From the NCBI GenBank assembly GCA_963832465.1, contig CAWHUJ010000009.1, positions 54,095 through 118,094 on the forward strand: a DNA stretch of 64,000 nucleotides, in the 5' to 3' direction. The notes under the pieces are model-generated. The model was not told the origin of the DNA, searched no databases, and worked only from the letters and a program-made list of their open reading frames with translations. Below are positions 51,401 to 61,344 of this stretch, piece after piece. The translations under genes were made by a program, and so were the position numbers. Source of the DNA: an uncultured Acidobacteriaceae bacterium. GTDB lineage: Bacteria > Acidobacteriota > Terriglobia > Terriglobales > Acidobacteriaceae. Each line of letters begins with the position of its first letter. Position 1 is the stretch's first letter.

Positions 51401-51669
51401 AGAGTCCTCGTTTCGTTTTGTTCGCTTGGGAAACTTGTAGGGAGGGATGCGCCTGCGGCGCGGTGCAACCGGCAATTCCAAGGGCGAGTGCCCGCTGCGC
51501 GATGGACAGGGGTCCGCGTGCGGGGCGCGCAGCAGCCGATGGCTGTGCACTGGCCCGCGTTTGCGGATGATGTCCGCCGGGTACACCATGGTCCCAGGTC
51601 CTGCAAGGATCGGGGGCCTTGACCTTATAACGGTCTGGGCGCTTCCGGTTCAAAGGTTGCTTTCTGAAC

Positions 51670-51936
51670 TTACTTCCGGATGCCGAGCTTACCGATGACG
51701 TCACGATAACGATCTGAATCGTGGGTCTTCAGGTAGTCCAGCAGGCGGCGGCGCTTGCTCACAAGCATCAACAGGCCACGCCGGGAGGCGTGATCTTTCT
51801 TGTGCGTCTTGAAGTGCTCGGTAAGTTCGCCAATCCGCTCACTCAGAATCGCAATCTGGACTTCAGGGGAACCAGTGTCCGAATCGTGGGTGCGGAAGCG
51901 TTCAATCAGGTCGGTTTTCTTAGCAGTCGCCAGCAC
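51670..51936 (-). CDS. rpsO: 30S ribosomal protein S15
   Basis: [18 protein letters not shown]...HKKDH.SRRGLL. Confidence 0.98.
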   Translation of the reverse strand: MLATAKKTDLIERFRTHDSDTGSPEVQIAILSERIGELTEHFKTHKKDHASRRGLLMLVSKRRRLLDYLKTHDSDRYRDVIGKLGIRK

Positions 51937-52072
51937 GGCGTGTATTACTCCTCTTGCGTTCTCAGTCCACTTCTCAAGTGTCTACAGTGAGATTACCATG
52001 AATGGGCATTCCGCGCCATGTTCCGCGCGTTGGCATCCAGAGATAAACCCCTGCCCTGCTTTAATCTGGCCG

Positions 52073-53088
52073 TCATGGTTCCGTCTGCAGCCAATAGTTG
52101 GCGCGGGCCACGATGTGCACGCCGTAATCCTGTGTAGTGCGCACGCGGATGGTGTGCAGCCCCGGCGTGGGGTTCGATGGGCTGAAAGTGATCAGATAGC
52201 GGTTGCGCACATGCTTGGCGGCTTCCAGCACGCGGGCCTCGAAGGTTTTGTCGCGCGCGAACGACAGGTATTCCCCGCCACTCTCCTGCGCAATCTCGCT
52301 GGCTACATTCTTCTTGAAGGCTTTGACCGCCATCACCAGCGTGGACACCATGTTCAGCGTTCGGTCATCGCCTGAATCCTTCACGTCATGGCCGAACTCG
52401 GCGCGCGAAGGCGAGAACGATACGCTCAGCACCAGCACATCCGAGCGGCCAATCTTCTGGATCAGCTCCGCTGGCTTTGTGTGCCTGCTGCCGTGGTCCC
52501 GCCGTTCGCTGATGAGCAGCAGCACCCGCCGGTACGCTTTTGGCTGCGTTTCGAGCAGATCGACGGCCGAGCTGATGGTGTCCAGAATTGCTGCGCCTCC
52601 GTCGCCGGGCTCAAGATGCTTCAGGTCTTCATTGAGATCGTCGCTGGTGTGCGTGTAGTCGTGAATCAGATGCGGGTGCGAGTCGAAGCCCATCAGCGCG
52701 GCCTCGCTGCGCGGATCGGACAGAAACATGTCGAGAAGGGGCGCAAGCTTGGCTTCCTTGTCGAACTCAAGCGCGCTTGCGCCGCCCTCTTCTACGGCTA
52801 CGACGAGTGCGACGGGAGCGGTATCCATCTCCTCCTGCACATGAATCTTCTGCGGAACGCCGTTGTCCTCAAGCGCGAAGTCGGACTGCCTCAGCCCTAT
52901 AGAACCACGCCGCCTCCGTCTTTTTCGACGAGCGTAGGAACCAAAACCTCATTCGTTGTTATACGCAGCGTAGGGGCATTTTCTCCGCCAGGCATCGGCT
53001 TCGGCGGTTCTACCGGAGGGAGCTGCTGAGCAAGCAGGTTCGCGGTGGAGATAACGAACAGAACGCAGACGTGAATCCTCTTCCTCAA
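52073..53088 (-). pseudogene. VWA-domain protein with a frameshift near 52900
   Basis: Signal peptide plus TTNEVLVPTLV (ORF 52897-53157) joins ..DFALEDNGVPQKI and AILD, LLISE.RD.GS, ESGGEY, ARANYW (ORF 52073-52840). Confidence 0.7.
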
Positions 53089-53125
53089 TCTCTTCGACGG
53101 CCGCGTCCAGCTCCAACCGACGCGC

Positions 53126-53350
53126 TCAGCCACGCCTGCGGGCCTCGCGTTGTACACGCCCGGTCCATAGCAGAAAGCTCAACAACTCCCACTTCTCACT
53201 CCAGAAGAAGCCCACAACATCTTTCGCCTTGAGGCTTTCCGCTGGTTTGCCGGAATATGTTTCGACGCGCCAGCGCAAAAACTCACTGCGCCATGGTGCC
53301 AGCCGATGACCGCGGGTAGCGTTCCAGAGGAATCGAAGGGGAGCGAACAA
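53126..53350 (-). CDS. Small hypothetical protein
   Basis: 74-aa Trp/Arg-rich ORF (RLAPWRSEFLRWRVETYSG) with upstream TATACT and AAGGA RBS. Confidence 0.65.
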   Translation of the reverse strand: MFAPLRFLWNATRGHRLAPWRSEFLRWRVETYSGKPAESLKAKDVVGFFWSEKWELLSFLLWTGRVQREARRRG

Positions 53351-53413
53351 AGCGTGTCCTTTTCCTCAGTATAGACGGCCCTCGATTCCCTTCGTAACGC
53401 GTTCCGCACCGCT

Positions 53414-54316
53414 CTACGAGAGCTTCTCGAAGAGGCTTCCAGACCCGAGTTGTGCAATTACGGATTCCAGTGCGGTCTGTTGTGTCTTCGAAAGTGAAAG
53501 CTGCGTCGAAATGTCGCCAATGTCGGCCTGCATCAGGCTCGTCTGCGCAGCGGTCAACTGCGTCTTTTCAGTCGTCGCGGAACTCGTTGCCGCGGTCAGT
53601 CGCGACAGCGAATTATCCAGTGTCACGCGTTGCTGCGAAATGTAGTTCAATGCCGAATTCAGTGACTGGAGATCGGCCGTGGAAGTAGCACTTGCCGTTC
53701 CGCTAGCAAAGTCGGCGATCAGATTGTTCAGTGCTGCAAAAGCGTCGTTGGTGCCACCTGCGGTGAAAATCTGGTCGCCGGGAATATTCAACTGAATTGT
53801 TTGCCCGTTGGGTGTTTCCAGATAATTCAAGTCGCTGTCACCGCTATAAGTGGTCGTGGCGGGACTCGCACTGTTCGAAGTGCTGAATGGCGCGCTTGTC
53901 GTCAGGCTTCCCGCAAAGATGTACTTGCCCTGATAGCTAGAGTTCGCCAGTGACGTAACTTCGTCGCGAATCCCGCTCAGCTCGCTCGAAATTGCCTGAA
54001 GTTGGATCGCGTTCAGTGTTCCGTTGTTCGCGCTCGTTGCTAATGAAATAGCCTGGGTCAACTGGGTCACGACGCTGCCCAGCGCCGAATCGGCTACCTG
54101 TAGGCCGCCTTGCTCAAGACTCGACGACTGAGTGAAGGAATCGTCACGCTGAATCTGGTTGAGAAGAAGAACGTTCTCACCGGAAGCCACCGGATCTTGC
54201 CCAAGCGAAGTCACTCGCACGCCACTCGACAGCTCCGATGTCAGTTGCTGCTCGGTAGACTGTGCCTGATCAAGTGCGTTCACCAGATCTGAAACATAAA
54301 ATGGATCGACTCGCAT
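53414..54316 (-). CDS. flgL: Flagellar hook-associated protein FlgL
   Basis: LSSG.RV....DPVA, LANSSY.GKYIFAG; follows flgK. Confidence 0.88.
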   Translation of the reverse strand: MRVDPFYVSDLVNALDQAQSTEQQLTSELSSGVRVTSLGQDPVASGENVLLLNQIQRDDSFTQSSSLEQGGLQVADSALGSVVTQLTQAISLATSANNGTLNAIQLQAISSELSGIRDEVTSLANSSYQGKYIFAGSLTTSAPFSTSNSASPATTTYSGDSDLNYLETPNGQTIQLNIPGDQIFTAGGTNDAFAALNNLIADFASGTASATSTADLQSLNSALNYISQQRVTLDNSLSRLTAATSSATTEKTQLTAAQTSLMQADIGDISTQLSLSKTQQTALESVIAQLGSGSLFEKLS

Positions 54317-54345
54317 CGCTTTCCCCACCTATTCCCCATCAGTTT

Positions 54346-55758
54346 TTAGGAAACTGTCGACTGCATCCCAAGGTTCAGTGCTGACGCCATGATTGTGTTG
54401 AGGATCGAGAAGACTTCAGAGGCAGCCTGATACGCGCGCTCAAGCTGCTGCATCGACGCCGCCTCATCATTGAGGTTGACGCTTGACAGCGCATCCCGTT
54501 GCGTTTGCAACTGTGTAACCGAGGCATTCTGCGCAGTATTCTCGGTCTGCACCTGGCTGACAGTTGACCCCAGCGTACTCACAAACTGTGCGAAGAAGTT
54601 CGTTGCGGTCTGTCCATTCACAATCGACTGATCAGCGAGATCGGCGAGAGCAACCGCGTTGGAGTCATCGCCCGTTCCCGATCCCGAAGCCGCGGCGGCG
54701 ATGTGGTCGGGATCCGTCATCACGACGCTCATCGCCAGAGCGCTGCCTGCAACAGCGCCGGGAGCGCTGAAAATATCCCCAGCTCCCCCGTTGTCTCCTG
54801 CTAGGTCGGTGCCCCCGTTATTCTGCGTATTCACTGCCGTTGATATGCCATAAGCAAGCTGGTCAAGCGCATCAAGAGCGCCGGGAATATCTTGGTCGCG
54901 CGCCGTGATGTAGCCGCCCAGCTCACCACCGCCGTTTTCCAGCTGGGTTGTCACATCAGTTCCGTTTACAAAGAAGTGTGTTACGCCCGCTGAAATACCC
55001 GTGGTCATCTGAAAACTGGCTGCACCTGAAACGAGAAGCTCACCCGACGCCGTAGTTACGGATAGGCCGTCGTTCTCGGTTGTGATCTGATTGATTCCGA
55101 TCAGCTGCGAGAGCGCAGACAGGTCCTGCTGCCGCTGATCTTCGAGGGTGCCCGCATCTCCTCCAGCGGAGACCGATTGGATTTGCTGATTCAGGCTTGC
55201 GATCGCGCTCGTGAGGGCATTCACCTGTGTCGCAACACCAGCCGCTTCCTGATCCAATGAAGATTGCTGCGAGGTCAGGCTTGACGCCGCGCTGGAAACA
55301 TCTGCCGCGAGCGCGGAGGCGGTCGACAATACCTGCTCGCGAAGCGAACTATTCGTCGGATCACTTTCAAGAGAAGAGAATGAATCGAAGAAGCTTGTGA
55401 TGTCACTGCTGATATCGCCCGCCGTCGAAGATGACGACCCACTATCCGGGGTGAAAAGCGCTTGGATGGAGTTTAGTGCCGTCAACCGAGAGCTCGAGGA
55501 TGAGGCGAGTTGCTGTTGCTGCATCAGACGCTGTTCCAGGATCCTATCTCGAATGGACGTGGCACCCGTTTGCTGCACGCCTGCGCCATATTCCACGCCG
55601 TTAATTTCGATCGGCGTATTCTCTTCGAAGTTTGGCGTCTCACGCGTGTAGCCAGTCGTGTTGGCATTGGCCACGTTGTTGGCCACGATATTCAATGCCG
55701 ACTGGTCCGCGTCCAACGCCCCGTTGATCAGGCTGAAAGCGGAGCTAATTGTTCCCAT
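54346..55758 (-). CDS. flgK: Flagellar hook-associated protein FlgK
   Basis: NNVANANT.GYTR, L.DQR, GG.LGG, SSVNLNDE...QQLERAYQAAS. Confidence 0.93.
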   Translation of the reverse strand: MGTISSAFSLINGALDADQSALNIVANNVANANTTGYTRETPNFEENTPIEINGVEYGAGVQQTGATSIRDRILEQRLMQQQQLASSSSSRLTALNSIQALFTPDSGSSSSTAGDISSDITSFFDSFSSLESDPTNSSLREQVLSTASALAADVSSAASSLTSQQSSLDQEAAGVATQVNALTSAIASLNQQIQSVSAGGDAGTLEDQRQQDLSALSQLIGINQITTENDGLSVTTASGELLVSGAASFQMTTGISAGVTHFFVNGTDVTTQLENGGGELGGYITARDQDIPGALDALDQLAYGISTAVNTQNNGGTDLAGDNGGAGDIFSAPGAVAGSALAMSVVMTDPDHIAAAASGSGTGDDSNAVALADLADQSIVNGQTATNFFAQFVSTLGSTVSQVQTENTAQNASVTQLQTQRDALSSVNLNDEAASMQQLERAYQAASEVFSILNTIMASALNLGMQSTVS

Positions 55759-56080
55759 ACACTCTCCCCGTCGTTTTCGAATAGGAGCTGGCTTCGGGTC
55801 CGTACCCCGTCGATTGATCAGCACTCACATGAGCGCGCCGAAGGACATGCAGATTCGCTCGCGTTACCTCGATCAGCCTTGCCAGGAGGTTGAGCTCAAA
55901 TTGAAGGCCCCCGACTTCACCATGCACGAATTCGTTTCGGCGCCTGTCTGCGTAGACCAAAACCCTGAAAGACGAGAGCAACACCTCCAGGCGATCCGCG
56001 TCGACTGCTGCCAGCGCCTGCGACGTCGCCACAATCATCCCCTTGAACGACTCTTTCGTCACCTCGCCCGCCGTCTGCAT
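55745..56080 (-). CDS. Hypothetical protein at the FlgN position
   Basis: Helical ORF between flgM and flgK; assignment by position only. Confidence 0.5.
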   Translation of the reverse strand: MQTAGEVTKESFKGMIVATSQALAAVDADRLEVLLSSFRVLVYADRRRNEFVHGEVGGLQFELNLLARLIEVTRANLHVLRRAHVSADQSTGYGPEASSYSKTTGRVYGNN

Positions 56081-56098
56081 TCAGACTTCCCTCTCCGA

Positions 56099-56404
56099 TC
56101 AATCGCCGGAAGCACGCGGCTCAATCATGGAATCGATGACCTTCGCCGCCACATCGTTCGCCGGCACGTCGTAGGTTCCAGCGGCAAGGGCCGCCTGCAC
56201 AGCCGTCACTCTCTCCATGCGAACACCTTCATCGCTGGCTGTTCGCAAGGCCTCCGAGCCTGCATCGCTCACCGTCGCCCGATCGCCGTCCAGATTGCTG
56301 GCCTCAGGCGAGGCGTTGCGCTCCATCTGCCTGGCCTGGACTATATCGGCCGCAGAAGCTCCGAGCAGTGCCTTTAACCCGTCAAGTCCGTTGCGCAATT
56401 CCAT
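56099..56404 (-). CDS. flgM: Anti-sigma28 factor FlgM
   Basis: DRATVS, VRMERV..VQAALAAGTY.V...VA.K. Confidence 0.88.
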   Translation of the reverse strand: MELRNGLDGLKALLGASAADIVQARQMERNASPEASNLDGDRATVSDAGSEALRTASDEGVRMERVTAVQAALAAGTYDVPANDVAAKVIDSMIEPRASGD

Positions 56405-56425
56405 GTGCTTCTCTCCTCCCAGGAC

Positions 56426-56452
56426 TTATCGGCAAAGTGAAGCTAGTCTTTA
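56426..56452 (-). promoter_or_regulatory. sigma28 (FliA) promoter of flgM
   Basis: TAAA-N15-GCCGATAA, an exact consensus match. Confidence 0.9.
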
Positions 56453-56784
56453 ACGACCGAAAAGGCAGACTTAGTGCCGTCTTCACCTGTATCGACGAAG
56501 CTCTGCACAATCCGATTGGCGATGCCAAAGCCCCCGCGGTCACTGATCCCACGGCTGAGAGCCTCTGAAGCGAAGTCCCCAAGTGCATCGCCGCTGCTCA
56601 ACTCCAGATCTTCGTCATCTCCCTGAGAGGCATCCCCACCTGTAAGCGGCTTGAGTAACTCTTTCATCATCTGCGCTTCGAATTCATGCGCGGCGCTTAT
56701 CGCTCGAGGCGAGGCCATCGCCTGAGTTTGCTTTGTCTCTGCGTTCGTCACGGCATGCGCGCCCGCCCCTCCAATTGACAGCAC
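56443..56784 (-). CDS. flgJ: FlgJ-like rod-binding protein (no muramidase domain)
   Basis: AAHEFEA.MM..LLK, GGFGIA..I. Confidence 0.75.
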   Translation of the reverse strand: MLSIGGAGAHAVTNAETKQTQAMASPRAISAAHEFEAQMMKELLKPLTGGDASQGDDEDLELSSGDALGDFASEALSRGISDRGGFGIANRIVQSFVDTGEDGTKSAFSVVKD

Positions 56785-57935
56785 TACAGCACCTCCACTT
56801 CGGCTTCGAGAGCTCCCGCCTCTTTCATCGCCTGCAGAATCGAGATGACGTCTCGCGCTCCGGCACCGATACGTTGCAGTTCCTGCACCAGATCCTCTAC
56901 GGTGGCACCTTCTTTGAGATCGATCCGGTTCACCGGCTTATCCTGCGCTTGCACGCTGGTCTGTTGCACCACCTGCGTGCTTCCGCTGGAAAACGCATTT
57001 GGCTGCGAGACCTCGACCTGCGCGATCACGTTGATTGAAAGTCCTCCATGCAAAATGGAAACGGGCTGCAGTCGCACCGTGCCTCCAATCACGACTGTTC
57101 CTGTGCGTTCATTGACTACGACGCGAGCCCTGGGATACACCTCAACCTCCGCAGACTCCACCCGATCGAGCAATGCAGCGACGTCTTCGCCTGAATGACC
57201 TGCGATCTGAATACTCCGGCTGTTCACCGCACGGGCTCGATCTTCGCGGAGAACCCTATTGATCGCCGCCGCCATGCGCTCTGCAGTATGGAAATCGGCA
57301 TCATTGAGCAGCACTGTAATTGTGTGCATATCTCTGAGATCAAAAGAGGCGGCGTGCTCCACCAAGGCGCCGCCAGGCACTCTCCCCGTGGTGGGATGGT
57401 TAACCTGTCGGGCATTTCCGCCGGCCGCAGCCATGTAACCACCCAGTACGAGCGAGCCCTGAGCCTGGGCGTATATCTGTCCATCCGGGCCGTAGAGTGG
57501 CGTCATCAGCAGAATTCCACCCTCAAGAGACCGCGCGTCCCCCGCAGATGAGACGGTCACGTCAATGCGATATCCGGGCTGGCTGAAGGGCGGCAGCGTG
57601 GCGACCACAAAGACTGCCGCCATGTTCTTGACCTGCATGTTGCTTGCGCTGTTTGAGCCCGTTTGCGGAACCGTGATGCCCATCCGCTCCAGAGCGGAAA
57701 TCAAGGTCTGGGCCGGAAAAACCGTCTGCGAGCTATCGCCCGTGCCACGCAGTCCGACCACCAGCCCGTATCCAACCAGCTGGTTATCCCGAATACCCTC
57801 AATGCTGGCCACATCCTTTATGCGAGCGAGATGGCCCTCAGTCTGGGCCACCAGTGAGCATGTGCACAGCATTGCGCTAGCGAGTAGCACCGTCGATGCA
57901 ATTGCAGCTGCCTTACTTCTTTCGTTCCTTCGCAT
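56784..57935 (-). CDS. flgI: Flagellar P-ring protein FlgI
   Basis: RIKD, NQLVGYGLVVGL.GTGD, GDARSL.GG.LL.TPL, VVVNERTGTVV.G, ILQAMK.AGAL. Confidence 0.96.
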   Translation of the reverse strand: MRRNERSKAAAIASTVLLASAMLCTCSLVAQTEGHLARIKDVASIEGIRDNQLVGYGLVVGLRGTGDSSQTVFPAQTLISALERMGITVPQTGSNSASNMQVKNMAAVFVVATLPPFSQPGYRIDVTVSSAGDARSLEGGILLMTPLYGPDGQIYAQAQGSLVLGGYMAAAGGNARQVNHPTTGRVPGGALVEHAASFDLRDMHTITVLLNDADFHTAERMAAAINRVLREDRARAVNSRSIQIAGHSGEDVAALLDRVESAEVEVYPRARVVVNERTGTVVIGGTVRLQPVSILHGGLSINVIAQVEVSQPNAFSSGSTQVVQQTSVQAQDKPVNRIDLKEGATVEDLVQELQRIGAGARDVISILQAMKEAGALEAEVEVL

Positions 57936-57947
57936 CTTCGCTCCGGT

Positions 57948-58667
57948 TCAAAACACCAATATCTTCTCGAGCAGGCGCACCAGTGGATTTTGCCTGTAGG
58001 TGGAGTCGTTCACGATTCCGTGCCCAGTCACCTCGAGCTCCAGATCCGTCATTGCTGTCGATTGCACCTGATTTTGCGCGCTCACATCCTCAGGTCGCAC
58101 CAGTCCACGCAGTCGGATCAACTGAGTTTGCTGTGAAAAGGTGAGTTGGCGCGTCGCCTGGACCACCAGCATGCCGTTCGGTAGCACATCAACCACCTCT
58201 GCTCCGAAGGTGGTCGCCAGGCTCGAATTTGTCGTGCTCTCTCCCTGAGCTGTAAGCCCCGATGCAGAATTCTGCCCTAATAGGTTCTGCAAATTATTCG
58301 CCGCCTTGAGAGCGCCGAAAAGCGCCGTGATATTCGAACTCGCATTCGAAGAACGCGAGTTTTTCACTTGTCCGTCCGTCGATGCCGCCAGACTCTCGCT
58401 GACGACGATTGAAACGACGTCATGCAATCGAAATGCCTTGGCATCGGTTCCTAGCCGCACGAGACGGCCCTCGGAACTCCAGATCGACCCTGGCGTTCTA
58501 ACCTCGGCTGCGTTTTGAGCCCGCACCCTGTCGATGTACGCGCGTAGGGCTGTCTCAGGAGGTGTCGCCTCGGCCTTGGCCGGCATCGCACTCCTCTTTG
58601 CAAAGCAAGGCGAGGGCAACAGTAGAGAGCCCAGTGCGCCAATCCAGACCCAAGGAAGCACCTTCAT
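57948..58667 (-). CDS. flgH: Flagellar L-ring protein FlgH
   Basis: GSIW, D.KA....D.V.I.V.E, V.DVLPNG.L, GLVRPEDV...N.V.S. Confidence 0.92.
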   Translation of the reverse strand: MKVLPWVWIGALGSLLLPSPCFAKRSAMPAKAEATPPETALRAYIDRVRAQNAAEVRTPGSIWSSEGRLVRLGTDAKAFRLHDVVSIVVSESLAASTDGQVKNSRSSNASSNITALFGALKAANNLQNLLGQNSASGLTAQGESTTNSSLATTFGAEVVDVLPNGMLVVQATRQLTFSQQTQLIRLRGLVRPEDVSAQNQVQSTAMTDLELEVTGHGIVNDSTYRQNPLVRLLEKILVF

Positions 58668-59137
58668 GGTTGCCTCCCAAACGACGGAGCCATACGAGCG
58701 CACCCCGGCCCAACGGCGATTACGCTCACCCCTGCTACCCCGGTTCTCAACCTGGCTTTGAAAAGTTCTCCGGCCGCGGCGGGCGTCATCGCCACCGCTT
58801 CAAGTCTCAGCCTTACAACAGATGAATCTTCTTCGACGATGAGAGGATCGCCTGCACGAATCACGAGCGCTCGTCGTGCCACTGAAGCATTCGGAGCAAA
58901 TTGCTCGGCTCTTGATCGCGTGCGCGCTGCCCTAACGGGCATTAGTCTTCCCGGAGCACCAGGAACATCGGTGTTCCTCAGAAGAAGCCACCGAAGCCCG
59001 ACGGATGAGTCATCGATCTCGCGGACAAGTGAAGTCTTCTCCTGCGCGGTCGCCTCCAGCGATGAGGTGCAAGCCACCGCCGCTATCACTCCTACGCTCA
59101 GCACCAGAAACACTCGCATGGTTGCACCACTCTTCAT
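58664..59137 (-). CDS. flgA: FlgA-like P-ring chaperone (short)
   Basis: Signal peptide, VIRAGD.L.V, LEAVA...AAAGE...R, V.AVGPG; located between flgG and flgH. Confidence 0.6.
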   Translation of the reverse strand: MKSGATMRVFLVLSVGVIAAVACTSSLEATAQEKTSLVREIDDSSVGLRWLLLRNTDVPGAPGRLMPVRAARTRSRAEQFAPNASVARRALVIRAGDPLIVEEDSSVVRLRLEAVAMTPAAAGELFKARLRTGVAGVSVIAVGPGCARMAPSFGRQP

Positions 59138-59149
59138 GTCTGAGGATCC

Positions 59150-59940
59150 TTACCTGGTCATATTATTGACTTGCGAATACATGTCGTCTGCGGCCTTGAT
59201 CACCTTGGAATTCGATTCGTAGGCGCGCTGCGCAAGGACCATCTGCACGAACTCGGTGACCACATCGACGTTCGAGTTCTCGAGATACCCCTGTTGTAGC
59301 GTGCCCAGACCTTCGGTTCCTCCTGGGTTGCCGAGCACCGGGATCGCCTGAGCTAAGCGTGGCCTGCAGGAGGTTCGAGCCCATGCTCTCTAGGCCGCCT
59401 GGATTGGGGAAGGTCGCCAGCTGAAGTCTGCCCCAGCTGCGAGGGATTCTGCTGGCCCGGCAAGGTCGCGTTCACCACGCCATATTGGGTGATCGTGACC
59501 GCCGTCGCATTCGAAGGAATGGTGATCGTTGGAATGACGGGATCGCCGTCGGTCGTCACGATGGTGCCCTGACTGTTCAGATGGAACTGACCAGCCCGTG
59601 TGTAGGCGATCGATCCATCCGGCCGCTGAACCTGAAAGAACCCCGCTCCTTGAATCGCCACGTCGAGAGGGTTCTGCGTCTGGTTTAGCGAGCCCTGCGT
59701 ATTGATCACCTCGGTCGCCGCCGACTTCGTACCTAGCCCTATCTGCAGACCAGCCGAAACGGTTGACTGGCTCTGCGCCGCGCCAGGCGTAACCAAGTTC
59801 TGGTACACCATGTCCTGGAATTGCAGCCGCAATTGCCGAAAGCCGGTTGTCGATGAGTTCGCAAGGTTATTCGCAATCGTGTCCAGGTTCATCTGCTGCG
59901 CGCTCATGCCGCTCGCGGCTGTGTACAAGGCTCGTATCAT
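59150..59940 (-). pseudogene. flgG: Flagellar distal rod protein FlgG with two frameshifts (likely sequencing errors)
   Basis: MIRALYTAASGM.AQQ, YTRAGQF, G.NLL..T.SSG, QGYLENSNVDVVTE in three frames; single extra bases near 59430 and 59340. Confidence 0.9.
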
Positions 59941-59967
59941 GCTTCTCTCCTTAGAAAACGCCCGCAT

Positions 59968-60705
59968 CTAGATCCGCGGCAGATCTTCTGTCGCAAACCT
60001 GTTGAATTCCGTGTGAAAGACAGTGAGAGCCTTCTGCATCATCTCCGCCTGACGCTGCATCATGATCAAGTCCATCGTTCCCTGCACAACATCCTGATTC
60101 GCAGCTTCAATCGCCCCCTGATGCACGCTCGAGTCTTCGGCCGCCGAGGCCTTTACCTCGGGGGGCGCAACGTATCGGTTAGCTCCCTCTGGTGTGAGTC
60201 GCGTTCCTTGAGGAAAGGTAAAGACTCCAACCGTGGCCGCGACGCCGCCTGCAATTGAAATCGAGCCATCCGCACCAACTGATGGATCGCCAGGCGGCAG
60301 CATCATGGTCTTACCTGAAGGAGAGAGAACAGGTTCACCTGCAGCAGTCATCAGCAACCCATCTTGCGAGCGATGAAAGCTGCCGTCCCGCGTGTACCGA
60401 ACTCCGTTTTTCGTTTGAACCGCGAAGAACCCTTGGCCCTCAATCGCAAGATCGAGAGGATTGCCGGTCCGCTGCAGAGCTCCTTGCGCCATATTGAGCG
60501 CATCGCCGCCGAGCAAACCGTAGTTATTCACCGTATGGCCAAGCTGAGAATCGAGCGCATCCGGGCCGAGCAAAACTGAACGAAAGTATTCCCGCTCCGC
60601 CCGATATCCGGGGGTTTGCGCATTGGCCAGGTTAGAAGCCGCGGTATCGAGCGCTTGGCTGCGCGCCACCAGGCCCGTCATCGCCGCGTAGTATCCGCTG
60701 TCCAT
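59968..60705 (-). CDS. flgF: Flagellar basal-body rod protein FlgF
   Basis: ASNLANAQTPGYRA, TGNPLDLAI.G.GFF, YTRDGSF, QGAIE.AN. Confidence 0.9.
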   Translation of the reverse strand: MDSGYYAAMTGLVARSQALDTAASNLANAQTPGYRAEREYFRSVLLGPDALDSQLGHTVNNYGLLGGDALNMAQGALQRTGNPLDLAIEGQGFFAVQTKNGVRYTRDGSFHRSQDGLLMTAAGEPVLSPSGKTMMLPPGDPSVGADGSISIAGGVAATVGVFTFPQGTRLTPEGANRYVAPPEVKASAAEDSSVHQGAIEAANQDVVQGTMDLIMMQRQAEMMQKALTVFHTEFNRFATEDLPRI

Positions 60706-60734
60706 CAATCGGTTCCTTTCACCGGTAGAGGAAA

Positions 60735-60750
60735 GCAGAATTAGGACCAA
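60735..60750 (-). promoter_or_regulatory. sigma54 -24/-12 promoter of the flgF operon
   Basis: TTGG-TCCTAATTCT-GC (GG-N10-GC); shares AATTCTGCTTTC with the fliK site. Confidence 0.72.
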
Positions 60751-60871
60751 TAGTGAAAGGGTTGGGTTGGAGAACTCTCAGGAAGCTGACTCTTGATCGA
60801 ACTCACGTTAACTTCGCACGAGAGAATGATCACTGCGAGTGAAAGGCCCACTCCCAGCGCTCTCCGTTCCA

Positions 60872-61255
60872 TCATCCCTTCTTTACGAAAGGCAACACGC
60901 GCTCCTTCACGTGGTCGGTGGTAAAAGGCTTGAGAATATAGCCACTCGCTCCCCCCTCAATCGCCTGGCGTATCTGCCCCTCACCCGACTCAGTAGTCAC
61001 CATGACCACCGGCACACCTGAAGCCAGATTCTGCCGACGGATCTGGCCCATAAACTCGAGCCCGTCCATGCCTGGCATATTGATGTCCAAAAGAATCAGA
61101 TCGACTTCGGCGACGTTTAGGACCTCTATTGCTTCAGCCCCGTTCCCTGCCTCGTGCACCACCAGTGGCTCGATCCCTGCCTGTCTCAGGGAACGCTCCA
61201 CAATTTTGCGCATCACCGAAGCGTCATCGACTATCAGCGTTCGCACTTCATTCAT
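60872..61255 (-). CDS. cheY: CheY-like single-domain response regulator
   Basis: LIVDD...MRKIV, LLDINMP.MDGLEF, MVTTE, GYILKPF. Confidence 0.82.
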   Translation of the reverse strand: MNEVRTLIVDDASVMRKIVERSLRQAGIEPLVVHEAGNGAEAIEVLNVAEVDLILLDINMPGMDGLEFMGQIRRQNLASGVPVVMVTTESGEGQIRQAIEGGASGYILKPFTTDHVKERVLPFVKKG

Positions 61256-61279
61256 GGTCCAGCCCCAGTTCTGCTCCTT

Positions 61280-61306
61280 CTATCGACGCCCCGAAGGAAA
61301 TCGTGA
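61280..61306 (-). promoter_or_regulatory. Possible sigma28 promoter of cheY
   Basis: TCAC-N15-GTCGATAG, a degenerate match to TAAA-N15-GCCGATAA, upstream of AAGGAG. Confidence 0.45.
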
Positions 61307-61344
61307 GCCTGCAGGACAATCTGGATAACGGTAACTCACGTTCT

